A stretch of 64,000 bases of DNA from Clostridia bacterium (GTDB lineage Bacteria > Bacillota > Clostridia > UMGS1883), in NCBI GenBank assembly GCA_045656645.1, contig JAZORN010000103.1, positions 18,319-82,318 of the forward strand, read 5' to 3'. Positions 1 to 8,901 of the stretch are shown here, piece after piece. Every line of letters starts with the position of its first letter. Position 1 is the first letter of the stretch. The position numbers were made by a program, and so were the translations under genes. The notes under the pieces are model-generated. The model saw nothing but the letters and a program-made list of their open reading frames with translations. It had not been told where the DNA came from and made no database searches.

Positions 1-1900
1 TATACCTGAACAACCGTGCTTCCGTCGCCCACAATCACTTCTTGGGTAATCGGCTTCGGCGTAAAGCCTGCGTAGTTTTTCTCTTCAGCTGTTGTTGTAT
101 CTTCAGTTTTTCCTGATTTTGCAGTCGTTTCGGCAAGTGTATAGCCTTCACCGGACACATTCTGCTTATAATGCTCTATCTTATAAGATGCCTGTCCCGG
201 TGTCCAGATTGCATATAAGTTGTAGGTCGCATCCTGTGTATCGCAAAGATTTACTACAATTGCACCGTCGTCATAAGTTTTTTCGTTATCTGTCCAGCCT
301 GCGAACACATAACCCGGATTTTCAAACTTATTCACTGCAAGGCTTGTATTTGCATCATAAGTTAAGGTCTGTTCAGAGGTTTTTGCAGTTTCCAGACCAT
401 TATGGAATACAACCTTATAGGTAATCGGTGCCCATTTTGCGTAGGCTTTAATCTTAGTTGCCGGCATCGCTTCCATCGGAACATTCCAGCCATCAAAGAT
501 ATAGCCCGTGCGCTCAGGTGCTGTATCTACAACCGGCTCTGTAACACTGCCACCATAGATGACAGAGGTCGTTACAATAACTTCATCTTTATGGTTAAGC
601 CACTCAACATCAAAATACGCTCTGTTGTAATAAAGCTTCAAGACAAGACTTCCGTCCGGTGCAACTTTTCCTGATTTGATATTGTTTGCATTTTCTTCAT
701 CAAACGCAAAACCGGAAATCGCTGCCGGAACAGCATTTACGTCAGTGTCGGTCTTGCCGCTTAAGAGAGAATCTTGCGCATACTTTGTATATGTACCGTC
801 AAGCTCGGCAAGATAATGCTCTACCTTATAAGCCACACCGTCTGCCGGATCCCATTTTGCATAAAGGGTAATTTCGTTTGCAGGCATTTTATCGGAAGTA
901 AAATTAACCGCATCCGTATACGCTTCATCCATATACCAACCCGCAAATACATAACCTTGCTTTGTAGGCTCTGTTTCCGGCTTCATAATCTTCTTACCGT
1001 AGGCAACCGGAATTGCCTGTATTGCCGCAGCACCCTTTGTATCAAAGTTTACATTGTAAAGATTTCTCTTATAATACAGTTTGATAACGAGTGTTCCGTC
1101 TGCAAGAATGGCTGCCATTTCAGCTTCCTGGGCGTTTACGGTAGCTTTTTCAAGCGTCATTCCCTCTATATCTGTTTTTGCCAGTGCACTAACATCTAAA
1201 GCCGTATTGGTTTCGCCCTGTTTTTCCTCAAAGGAATTCAAACTGTAGCCGTCTTCATCTGCTCTTTCTAAGTAGTGCTCAACTCTGTACGGAGTTTCTG
1301 TATCAGGAACCCATGTCGCTGTAAACACACTGTCCTGAGCAGGCATTACAACCGGCACTTCCTTATCCCAGCCGTCGAACAAATATCCGAGCTTTGTTAC
1401 GATCGGCGTTGAAACATTCGCACCATAGTAGAGACTAAATACAGTTGGATTCTTATCATCTTCGCCAGCTTTAAATATTACGTTGTACTTGTTTCGTTCA
1501 TAGTAAACCTGAAGCACAAGACTTCCGTTTGCCTTAACCACACCTTGTACTGTCTCAACAGGCGAGAATCCTTCGTAATCATTCGGCTGTGCTATAACAA
1601 TAGACTCTGTTGTTCCTTTAAGAATAACAGTATCGTCTGTTACAAGGTCAAATTTCTTTGAACCGAGCTGTCTTAAATAATGCTCAACCTTGTATGGTGT
1701 ATCCGTTGCAGGCGTCCATTTTGCATATAAAGTAAAGCTTGTATCGTTTTTGCCCGGAAGATTGGTTGTAGAACCGGTGTAAGGTCTAGTGAGTGCTTCA
1801 TCCTTATACCATCCTGCAAATACATAACCCTGCTTTGTAGGATTTTGTGGCCAAGTAATAGCCTCATTTCCTGCACCGCTTAAGGTTTTAACTTGAGTTC
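1..1900 (-). repeat. In-frame tandem domain repeats inside the surface-protein gene, period about 400-650 bp.
   Basis: A recurring DNA motif, (c)cattttgcata(t)aa(a)g, which is the reverse complement of the codons for LYAKW, occurs near 223, 435, 855, 1315 and 1720. Each is followed by codons for P-YKVEHY(L/K). Confidence 0.7.
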
Positions 1901-4900
1901 CGCCGTTAGAATTAAATGCAATGTATCTGACACCCTCCGGATCAGACCAACTGATTTTCAATGTGCGGCTCGGTGTTGTAGAAGTATATGCCAAAGGCGC
2001 ACCCTTGAACACAATCTTCATTTCCGTTTCTTCTTTAACCGAATTGCCCGGATTTACAACAATCCGGTTATTTTCTGCGTCATAACTGAATTTTTTATTA
2101 TCAAATTCAATATGGAAATAATCTGTTATTGGTTTATCTTCGTCGTCTGCGAAATCAATATAGTCTTTAGGTACAAGTGGAGTGCCGCGGTTGCCCTTTT
2201 CTTCGCTTGTGGACCAGTTGCCTTCCTCGTCCTTTTCTCCGCCGTATACTTCACCGCTCTTTAAATCCATATACTTCATTTCAAAGAGCTCTGTCGGAAG
2301 ATCAAGTGTTTCCTCAAGCATTTCTTGCGTATAAATATCCTCGCTTTGTTCGTAAGCAAAGTCTAGAATATTCTCCGATTGGCCTATCTCAAGGAACGGC
2401 CATTGATTTGAATACAGACTCGGCGTCCATGCATATTTACCATTTAGCACCTCGGCGACGAAATTCACATCCAGATAAGCGCCGATTTCAATCAGCATTG
2501 CACCGGACATGGATTTCTCTTTAACCCATTCCTTTTTCGTTGTGCCGTCTTCTTGTTCCACAGGCTGATGGTAATTTGTGATACTCAGGTAAAAATATCC
2601 CCAGAACTGCGCATATAGACCACCTTCAGCCTGAACACCTATGCCATCGACCTTAACGGAGAACAGACCAACCAGCACTTTTGCTCTTACGCCGGCTTTG
2701 ATTCCCATCATACCCATGACATAGAAGTCAAATTTATAACCATTTGTGCCAACATCAACGCTTTCCGATTCGGCTTCTTTGTTCATAACCGAAATATGAA
2801 TGGTGTGCTTTTTGGATGCCTCATAGCAGAAGCTTACACCAAGCGCAACATTCAGGTTTGCCGAAACTACAAAGTCAACCTTTACGCCGTAGGCAAGAAC
2901 ACCATATGGGTCTACGGTGCCTGACTTATCAATAATATTGAACTCAAAAATGTCTATCCAAGCATCATTGGCATTTTCCATGAAGTCCTTGTACTTATCC
3001 TCAAGACCTCCACCGTGGCTTCCCTCTGCCTCTGCCATAACCTTTTTGTATTTTTCTGATGCCTTCTTTATGCTTTCGCTAAGCTTGAAGAGTTTCTTGG
3101 TTCCCCACTCTGCTCCGTCATTTGCCGGCCACGGCATACCTGCATCTACTTCGTCCTGATCAAGTTTTGCAGTTGCGGTAATACCGATACCTGTGTACGA
3201 ACCGATACCGACACTGGCATTCATTTCATAGTCGGCAATGTATGGGAATATCCATTTCTTCTTCCATACAGCACCGCCGTCCGCAGTAAAACCAAGTAAA
3301 ACTTCCTCTTCAAAAAGAGCTGTAAGTTCCAAATGAAGTTTCTTTTTACTGCCTTCTTTTTGAACATCATACTCAAACTTTGCTGAAATTTCGATTCTTA
3401 CACCTGTACTGTCTTCGAAATGTTCCAGTTTTGGTGTGATTGTTACGGAAACCTGAATAGTGCTGTCTTCGGCAGTTTCAAAAAGATTACCCATCAGATG
3501 GATATCTCCATCTTCAAACTTTCTGCCATCAGGATAGATAATAATCAAATCCTCCGGTTTGGTATCCTCACCGAAAACCTCTTGAACTTCTTCCGTAAGA
3601 AGTGATGCCTCAGCAAGATATTGCGCAGCCTCCTGAATAAAGTTGCTTCCCATAAGCTGTGCATTAACAGCTTCTTCAATCTTCTGCTTATCTAAAGCAT
3701 CCTCGATTTCTTCTTCCGAGAGTTCTTTTTCGTTGAACATATCCATTGAGGCAAGAACATCAGCCTCTGCTGCCTCGGCATAAGTAATCGTAGCAGTTTC
3801 TTCGGAATATTCTATCGCAGTAATTCTGGCATAACCTGCATTTTGAGCCGCACCGCCAAATTCACCGGTATAAAAGCCAATAAAATCTCCGACTTCAACA
3901 ATAGTCTGAGAATCAAGATTCATAACCTTGTATTCATCCCCGGAAAAATCAAGCTTATCTTTGTCGATAACTAAACTTCCGGCATCAAAACTCTCTACAC
4001 CATCGCCTTCGTCAATATCAATCGGCAATACATCGGGCGTAAAAAGAACGTCTGTTGTTTCTGCCACTTTGTAATAATATGTATTTGAATCTATTGCGGT
4101 AATTTCAAGGTATGCCACATCGCCGTCATGGTCGCTTAAAACACTTCTTTCTGACGGCTTTGTTCCTGAATAAACCGCAACTGTGTCACCCACAGCTATT
4201 CCGCTACCATTATAGGTAAAGCTGCCGTTGCCTTCCGTTGCCTGGTATGTAGCCTCACCATCTTCTGAAAATGTTGCTTTATAAAGACCTGAATATGCAA
4301 GTACATTTTCTTTATCTACCTGAGAAAGTTCTTCATCCGCATTAATATATTTGATTCCGTCATTGATCTGCAGTTCAAGAGCTTCCTCTTTGGCTACAAT
4401 AACATTGTAAAAGCGAACATATTCGTCTGTTTCATCTCCGTTGGCAAACGTTGCAACATAAGTCATTTCGTCATTTAAAAGTTCAATCTGATATGTGTCG
4501 CCTGCTGTGTAACCGTTGTTATTCTTTATGGTATAAAGTCCATTTGACCCGCTTATTGTAAGCGTTTCTTCAGGCAGCAGTGCATTTGCATCCTCTACAC
4601 CGTCTGTTCTGTCAGGAGAAGAAATATTTTTAAAAGTAAAGTCTACTCCAAGTTCCGGCTTGGTATCTGCTTTGATTTTGATTTCAAAGTTTACCGGAGC
4701 ATCTTCCTGTGTAATAAAATTCTGCTTTCCGCTTGGCTCCATGAGCGCTACTTCGCTGAGTTTTGCATACACATCAACGTCACCGGTCAACACATCGTCG
4801 CTCTTAACCGGTTTTGTCAATTCTTCATCATAGTACCAGCCGATGAAAATCTGATTGTCCGCCTGTGCAGGCACGGAAACAAGACTCAAAAGAGAGCGTG

Positions 4901-5795
4901 ATTTTGCCATTTCTTCAACAGTTTCATCGCCAATGTGCTTAGTTACTTTGTAATAGACCGTTTTGCTTCCACCACTTGATGTAGGCTTTTTAACAGGTTC
5001 ATCTTTCTTCGCATCTTCCGCCTCTGTAACTTTTGGGACATTTGGCTCACTATACCATACTTTTACAGATTTATCTGTACGCTCGCAAAGTGTCGCAGTT
5101 TCAGCACGTGTCGCCTTGCTGTACGGGTCAAAGCTTTTACCGTCTCCATTCAAAAGGCCAACAGACCAAAGCTTTAAAACAGAATCTTTAGCCCACGAAG
5201 CAACCGATGAAATATCCGCAGGTGTAGTATCAACCTTTTTCCCTGTATCATATTCCACATCGAATGCGTCAAAATATCTTACAAAGAAAGTTGCCATTTC
5301 CTGTCTTGTTACAGGGCTGTTTGGAGAGAATTTATCTTCACCCGTGCCGCCCGTAATATCGTGTTTTTTTGCCCATGCCACATATGGGGCATAATACGCA
5401 TCCTTTGAAACATCCGAAAATTCGCTCTGGGCTTGATAGGAGGATGCATCAACACCTGCCATTCTGCCTAGAACGGTAACGAACATAGCTCTTGTAAGTT
5501 CGCCTTTCGGATCAAATTGATTGGCACTTACTCCTGAAAATATGCCATTCTCCTTAACATATTTTACAGAATCATAGTACCAACTGTCTTTTGAAACATC
5601 CGAAAAGTCAGATAGATTTTCTAAAATTTCTCCAGCATCTATTGTGAGCTGTTTCTCGGTTGTTTCATCGTTTTCCGATGTCTTTTGAACAGCTTGTGCG
5701 ATATTCTCTGTTGCAAAAACCGAAACAACATTTGTCGGTATAACAGTAAATATCATAACAAGTGTTAAAAGCATCGCCATAATTCTTTTTGACAT
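1..5795 (-). CDS. Giant secreted cell-surface protein, partial (more than 1931 aa; 3' end leaves the window). It has a signal peptide, three SLH repeats, a central unassigned region, and C-terminal tandem YxVEHY / Listeria-Bacteroides-type (…GYxFxGW…LYAKW) modules.
   Basis: Absent from the ORF track because there is no stop codon inside the window. I translated the minus strand by hand from the ATG at 5795 (RBS GGAAGGAGAA, 5801-5810). It reads MSKRIMAMLLTLVMIFTVIPTNVVSVFA, followed by three SLH-like segments (FSDVSKDSWYYDSVKYV…, FSDVSKDAYYAPYVAWA…, VASWAKDSVLKLWSVGLLNG…). I found no stop codon in the stretches I translated (5795 down to about 1680, and the repeat region near the left edge). 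Confidence 0.85.
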   Translation of the reverse strand, partial: MSKRIMAMLLTLVMIFTVIPTNVVSVFATENIAQAVQKTSENDETTEKQLTIDAGEILENLSDFSDVSKDSWYYDSVKYVKENGIFSGVSANQFDPKGELTRAMFVTVLGRMAGVDASSYQAQSEFSDVSKDAYYAPYVAWAKKHDITGGTGEDKFSPNSPVTRQEMATFFVRYFDAFDVEYDTGKKVDTTPADISSVASWAKDSVLKLWSVGLLNGDGKSFDPYSKATRAETATLCERTDKSVKVWYSEPNVPKVTEAEDAKKDEPVKKPTSSGGSKTVYYKVTKHIGDETVEEMAKSRSLLSLVSVPAQADNQIFIGWYYDEELTKPVKSDDVLTGDVDVYAKLSEVALMEPSGKQNFITQEDAPVNFEIKIKADTKPELGVDFTFKNISSPDRTDGVEDANALLPEETLTISGSNGLYTIKNNNGYTAGDTYQIELLNDEMTYVATFANGDETDEYVRFYNVIVAKEEALELQINDGIKYINADEELSQVDKENVLAYSGLYKATFSEDGEATYQATEGNGSFTYNGSGIAVGDTVAVYSGTKPSERSVLSDHDGDVAYLEITAIDSNTYYYKVAETTDVLFTPDVLPIDIDEGDGVESFDAGSLVIDKDKLDFSGDEYKVMNLDSQTIVEVGDFIGFYTGEFGGAAQNAGYARITAIEYSEETATITYAEAAEADVLASMDMFNEKELSEEEIEDALDKQKIEEAVNAQLMGSNFIQEAAQYLAEASLLTEEVQEVFGEDTKPEDLIIIYPDGRKFEDGDIHLMGNLFETAEDSTIQVSVTITPKLEHFEDSTGVRIEISAKFEYDVQKEGSKKKLHLELTALFEEEVLLGFTADGGAVWKKKWIFPYIADYEMNASVGIGSYTGIGITATAKLDQDEVDAGMPWPANDGAEWGTKKLFKLSESIKKASEKYKKVMAEAEGSHGGGLEDKYKDFMENANDAWIDIFEFNIIDKSGTVDPYGVLAYGVKVDFVVSANLNVALGVSFCYEASKKHTIHISVMNKEAESESVDVGTNGYKFDFYVMGMMGIKAGVRAKVLVGLFSVKVDGIGVQAEGGLYAQFWGYFYLSITNYHQPVEQEDGTTKKEWVKEKSMSGAMLIEIGAYLDVNFVAEVLNGKYAWTPSLYSNQWPFLEIGQSENILDFAYEQSEDIYTQEMLEETLDLPTELFEMKYMDLKSGEVYGGEKDEEGNWSTSEEKGNRGTPLVPKDYIDFADDEDKPITDYFHIEFDNKKFSYDAENNRIVVNPGNSVKEETEMKIVFKGAPLAYTSTTPSRTLKISWSDPEGVRYIAFNSNGGTQVKTLSGAGNEAITWPQNPTKQGYVFAGWYKDEALTRPYTGSTTNLPGKNDTSFTLYAKWTPATDTPYKVEHYLRQLGSKKFDLVTDDTVILKGTTESIVIAQPNDYEGFSPVETVQGVVKANGSLVLQVYYERNKYNVIFKAGEDDKNPTVFSLYYGANVSTPIVTKLGYLFDGWDKEVPVVMPAQDSVFTATWVPDTETPYRVEHYLERADEDGYSLNSFEEKQGETNTALDVSALAKTDIEGMTLEKATVNAQEAEMAAILADGTLVIKLYYKRNLYNVNFDTKGAAAIQAIPVAYGKKIMKPETEPTKQGYVFAGWYMDEAYTDAVNFTSDKMPANEITLYAKWDPADGVAYKVEHYLAELDGTYTKYAQDSLLSGKTDTDVNAVPAAISGFAFDEENANNIKSGKVAPDGSLVLKLYYNRAYFDVEWLNHKDEVIVTTSVIYGGSVTEPVVDTAPERTGYIFDGWNVPMEAMPATKIKAYAKWAPITYKVVFHNGLETAKTSEQTLTYDANTSLAVNKFENPGYVFAGWTDNEKTYDDGAIVVNLCDTQDATYNLYAIWTPGQASYKIEHYKQNVSGEGYTLAETTAKSGKTEDTTTAEEKNYAGFTPKPITQEVIVGDGSTVVQV

Positions 5796-5891
5796 ATTTT
5801 TTCTCCTTCCTGTAAACATTGTTTGCCTTGGATTATAATTTTCTGATTTATCGCATATACAGTACAACCTTTCATTTCGTTTTACTGAAAG

Positions 5892-5900
5892 ATTATAACA
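5892..5900 (-). promoter_or_regulatory. Extended -10 element (TGtTATAAT) upstream of the giant surface-protein gene.
   Basis: The minus strand reads TGTTATAAT at 5900-5892, about 97 nt upstream of the ATG at 5795. No good -35 hexamer is present, because the terminator hairpin occupies that position. Confidence 0.45.
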
Positions 5901-5926
5901 AAAAAACTCCCCGAAAAGGGGAGTTT
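5899..5926 (-). terminator. Rho-independent terminator after the histidine kinase gene.
   Basis: Stem ACTCCCC (5906-5912) pairs with GGGGAGT (5918-5924) around loop GAAAA. On the minus strand the hairpin is followed by a T-run. Confidence 0.7.
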
Positions 5927-5962
5927 GGCATAGATTGCATTTTTTTGGCACAGATTGCATTT
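5927..5962 (-). promoter_or_regulatory. Two 16-bp direct repeats with a 20-bp period; candidate LytTR regulator binding site.
   Basis: GGCATAGATTGCATTT (5927-5942) and GGCACAGATTGCATTT (5947-5962) match at 15 of 16 positions. They lie about -42 to -77 relative to the TSS predicted from the extended -10. Confidence 0.4.
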
Positions 5963-5966
5963 CTGT

Positions 5967-7226
5967 TTAAAAATTCAGGCAGATTTTTGCAATAAACTTT
6001 TCGTTTTTGACAATAAAATCATACATACCTTCATAAGAATTTGTTACCGCAATCACAGAACTGATTCCGATACCATAATCTGTTTCATCAAATTTCAGAT
6101 TGGGTTTGCACGGATTTTCAATTTTCACAAGCAATCGATTTTCTTTTTCTCTTATATCCACATCAACGATTGTATCATCTGACTTCAGCTTTTTCACAGC
6201 GTTAATTGCATTTTCAAAAAGGTTCGCAATTACAATAACCAGATCTTTTGGCGATATGGGGATGTCGTATCCGGCAGAAGCTGAAATGTTCACTTTAACA
6301 CCATCTTCTTTCGCTTTTTTCTCATATACCGAAAGAACCGTATTTATTGTTGCATTTTTACAATAATCATTTCCCTCAAACCTGCCCACGTCATCTTCTA
6401 CAAGTGTTTTTAAGTAGTCTTTTACGGTTTCAATATCATTTTTGTTTGCAAACTCTAAAAGCACAAGGTTGTGATGGCGTCTGTCATGTCTTGCCATGCG
6501 GTCTGCCGCCATTTGCAAATTTTCTTTTTCAATCTGCAAAAGAAGAAGCTCGTTTTGCTGTTCTGTTTCACGTTTCACCGCAACCTCTGTCATATTTTTG
6601 ATATTGGAAAATATGACGGGATATACTGCAAAAATTGAAATACTCAGAAACAAAAACGGTACAAATTCAGACATATAAATGCTTGTGATTTTAACAGGAA
6701 ATACGGAGGTTGCCACTATAGTAATTACAAATATGCAATTCACAAAAACAAGCGGATACCAACCTGTTACAATACTTTTTGACGCGGCACGGCAGAGCGG
6801 GCAAACGCATTTCAAAAAGTAAAATATAACGCCAACCATAAGAGTAGCGTGAATAATCGTTCTAACTATAGCATACATACCGGGAAAAGCGCCCTGTATC
6901 GCCATAAAGAGCGCCATGAATATGCAGAAGAAAATGGAGTATGTAAGAATAGTAAACAGCCTTTGAGAAAATCTGCCTTTTGTAGTTGCAAAAAAAATAA
7001 TGTATTGAAAAACATAGGCAGTGACAAACCCCAAAAAGAATTTCAAACCAGCATCTTTCGTCACAAATTCAGAAAAACACCCGATGATTCCCTGAAAGAC
7101 AACCCAGATACCCCAGACGAAAAAGGTTGTTTTTTTACTGTACTTCAAATCGGATGAATATATACCCGAAATGGCGTGCGACACGAGAACAACTAACTGT
7201 TCAAACGCAAGTAATATCATAGCCAT
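5967..7226 (-). CDS. Membrane sensor histidine kinase, AgrC/ComD-like GHKL type (partner of a LytTR regulator).
   Basis: The N-terminal half is polytopic and hydrophobic. The C-terminal half has an HDRRHH H-box-like motif and NLFENAINA (N-box). The gene lies 3 nt downstream of a LytTR response regulator gene. Confidence 0.85.
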   Translation of the reverse strand: MAMILLAFEQLVVLVSHAISGIYSSDLKYSKKTTFFVWGIWVVFQGIIGCFSEFVTKDAGLKFFLGFVTAYVFQYIIFFATTKGRFSQRLFTILTYSIFFCIFMALFMAIQGAFPGMYAIVRTIIHATLMVGVIFYFLKCVCPLCRAASKSIVTGWYPLVFVNCIFVITIVATSVFPVKITSIYMSEFVPFLFLSISIFAVYPVIFSNIKNMTEVAVKRETEQQNELLLLQIEKENLQMAADRMARHDRRHHNLVLLEFANKNDIETVKDYLKTLVEDDVGRFEGNDYCKNATINTVLSVYEKKAKEDGVKVNISASAGYDIPISPKDLVIVIANLFENAINAVKKLKSDDTIVDVDIREKENRLLVKIENPCKPNLKFDETDYGIGISSVIAVTNSYEGMYDFIVKNEKFIAKICLNF

Positions 7227-7229
7227 TCT

Positions 7230-7967
7230 TTAATTCTCCTCTCCTGCATACTGAAGTTCCCAAAAAGCTTCTTTTATTGCGTTATGCGCACCACGCGGAA
7301 GAAGTAACTTCGTATTGTTATTAAAGCAAACTTCCAAAGTAGATATGCTTTTAACTTTGTTGAGATTTATTACGTAAGCACTTCCGGCACGAACAAATCC
7401 GCCAAATTGTAAAAGGTTTTCAAAAAGTTCCGAAACTGTCATCCTCGCACGCACTTGATCACCGTGAGTAAAATTCAAATACTGGTAGTGAGAGCGCGAC
7501 TCGGTATAAAGTATATTGCTTATATTGATATTTTCAATTCCGTTTTCAGTTTTCAGCATTATAAACTTTGCCCTAAGCTTTTCGGCTTTTTCGACTGCAA
7601 CATCCATTGCCTCGAAAAACTTTTCGCACTTAAGCGGCTTTATAAGATAGCGAAGTGTATCTGTTTCAAGACTTTCGGGAGCATGTTCTATTGATGTTGT
7701 CAAGAATACAATAGGGCTTTCAATGCCTTTTCTGCGGAGTTCTCTTGCAAGGTCTGTGCCCATTTCATCACCGATATACACATCGAGCAGAAATATATCA
7801 AACAAGTCTCCGTTATCAAGTGCGTTTAAAAGCGAACTTGCAGAATTAAACGGAAAAACTTCAAGTTCCGACTTTCCGCATAGCTTAGAATATTTTTTTA
7901 TATAGGATGAAACCTCTTCCAAAATTACAGTTTCATCATCGCATATAGCTATTCTCAATGCTTTCAC
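7230..7967 (-). CDS. LytR/AlgR-family response regulator (REC + LytTR DNA-binding domain).
   Basis: The N-terminus (IAICDDE…DIFLLDV…) is a receiver domain. The C-terminal ~100 aa (…ILYTESRSHYQYLNF…SGFVRAGSAYVINLNKV) is LytTR-like. The start is GTG at 7967, or TTG at 7958. Confidence 0.9.
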   Translation of the reverse strand: MKALRIAICDDETVILEEVSSYIKKYSKLCGKSELEVFPFNSASSLLNALDNGDLFDIFLLDVYIGDEMGTDLARELRRKGIESPIVFLTTSIEHAPESLETDTLRYLIKPLKCEKFFEAMDVAVEKAEKLRAKFIMLKTENGIENINISNILYTESRSHYQYLNFTHGDQVRARMTVSELFENLLQFGGFVRAGSAYVINLNKVKSISTLEVCFNNNTKLLLPRGAHNAIKEAFWELQYAGEEN

Positions 7968-8175
7968 CTTACTTTCTTACCAAACTTAAAAACCATTCAT
8001 CTTCCGGCAGAGCAATATTGTTTTATTTCACGATAATTTTGCTACAACAAAATTTCGCAAACTTCTTCCCTTTTTTACAGATTTCGACCGAATTCTGTAT
8101 TTTTTTCGACTTGAAAATTTCTTTTTCAGCATCATTCAACATAATTCTCACTCGTGTCAAGTCAGGAACAAAAAA

Positions 8176-8412
8176 TCATCTTTTGAATTTATTTATCCAG
8201 TCTAAAATTTCGTCATATTTCATATCGCCCGAAGCAACCGATAAACCAAAGTCAACCACATCAGCATTTGTGCAATTCATTTTTATACCTTCTGCTTCCA
8301 AAAAGGTTAGCATAACATATACGCCAATTCTTTTATTTCCATCAACGAATGCATGATTGGATATTAAAGAAAAGCCAAGACTTGCTGCTATTATATACGA
8401 ATTATGCAGATA
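8176..8412 (-). pseudogene. doc: Truncated Doc (Fic-fold death-on-curing) toxin; only the C-terminal ~77 codons remain.
   Basis: The minus-strand frame reads …IIAASLGFSLISNHAFVDGNKRIGVYVMLTFLEAEGIKMNCTNADVVDFGLSVASGDMKYDEILDWINKFKR*, which contains the Fic/Doc motif HxFxDGNKR. An in-frame TGA lies just upstream, there is no start codon and no N-terminal ~50 aa, and no phd gene is adjacent. Confidence 0.65.
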
Positions 8413-8437
8413 TTGTCAACCTGTTATTCACGCAAAA

Positions 8438-8464
8438 GGCATCTTAACTTTTCGTTAAGATGCC
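8438..8464 (-). terminator. Rho-independent terminator downstream of the ftsZ-distal small gene.
   Basis: Perfect 11-bp stem GGCATCTTAAC/GTTAAGATGCC, followed by TTTTG on the minus strand. Confidence 0.7.
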
Positions 8465-8475
8465 TTAATCTTTTT

Positions 8476-8877
8476 TTATTCGATTGGCTCGATAGGCTCT
8501 GTTTCAGCCTCATCATATTCCTGCTGCGCATCAAAAACCTCTGCATCCTGCGCATCCTCATCGGCATAGGAAATATCATCAACACCTACTTCATCAGTGT
8601 TTTTAATATCGTCTGCCTTTTTGCGGAGAACTGCAATCTCCTCCTCAATGGCATCTATAGCCAAAAGCTTTTCCTTTATATATTCTACAACATCGGTATT
8701 TGCCTTATATGCCTTATACGCATCAAAGCCGATTTCCTTGTAGAGAGCCTTTACATTATTCTGCTTTTCAGCAATTTCAAGCTTTATTTTAGCAACGCCA
8801 TAAAGCTTTTTTCCCTGCTTACCTGATGCTACGGCAACATCTGCCGCAACTTTTTTTACTTTATCAAGAAACTCCAC
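8476..8877 (-). CDS. Hypothetical acidic coiled-coil protein (133 aa) immediately downstream of ftsZ.
   Basis: ORF in the track. RBS AGGAGAGAA is upstream of the start codon. The N-terminal segment is amphipathic (KVKKVAADVAVASGKQGKK…) and the C-terminal tail is rich in D/E. I do not recognise a family. Confidence 0.6.
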   Translation of the reverse strand: MEFLDKVKKVAADVAVASGKQGKKLYGVAKIKLEIAEKQNNVKALYKEIGFDAYKAYKANTDVVEYIKEKLLAIDAIEEEIAVLRKKADDIKNTDEVGVDDISYADEDAQDAEVFDAQQEYDEAETEPIEPIE

Positions 8878-8901
8878 GTTTTTCTCTCCTTTAAATTATA
8901 A

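Noticed and set aside
8023-8142. 39-aa ORF (MLNDAEKEIFKSKKIQNSVEICKKGKKFAKFCCSKIIVK) upstream of the LytTR response regulator, considered as an AgrD-like autoinducer precursor.
   Set aside because: - No AgrB-type processing gene is present.
- The RBS is weak.
- The peptide is strongly basic and lacks the amphipathic-leader, Cys-core, acidic-tail layout of AgrD.
- It may be spurious; it is kept only as a note.
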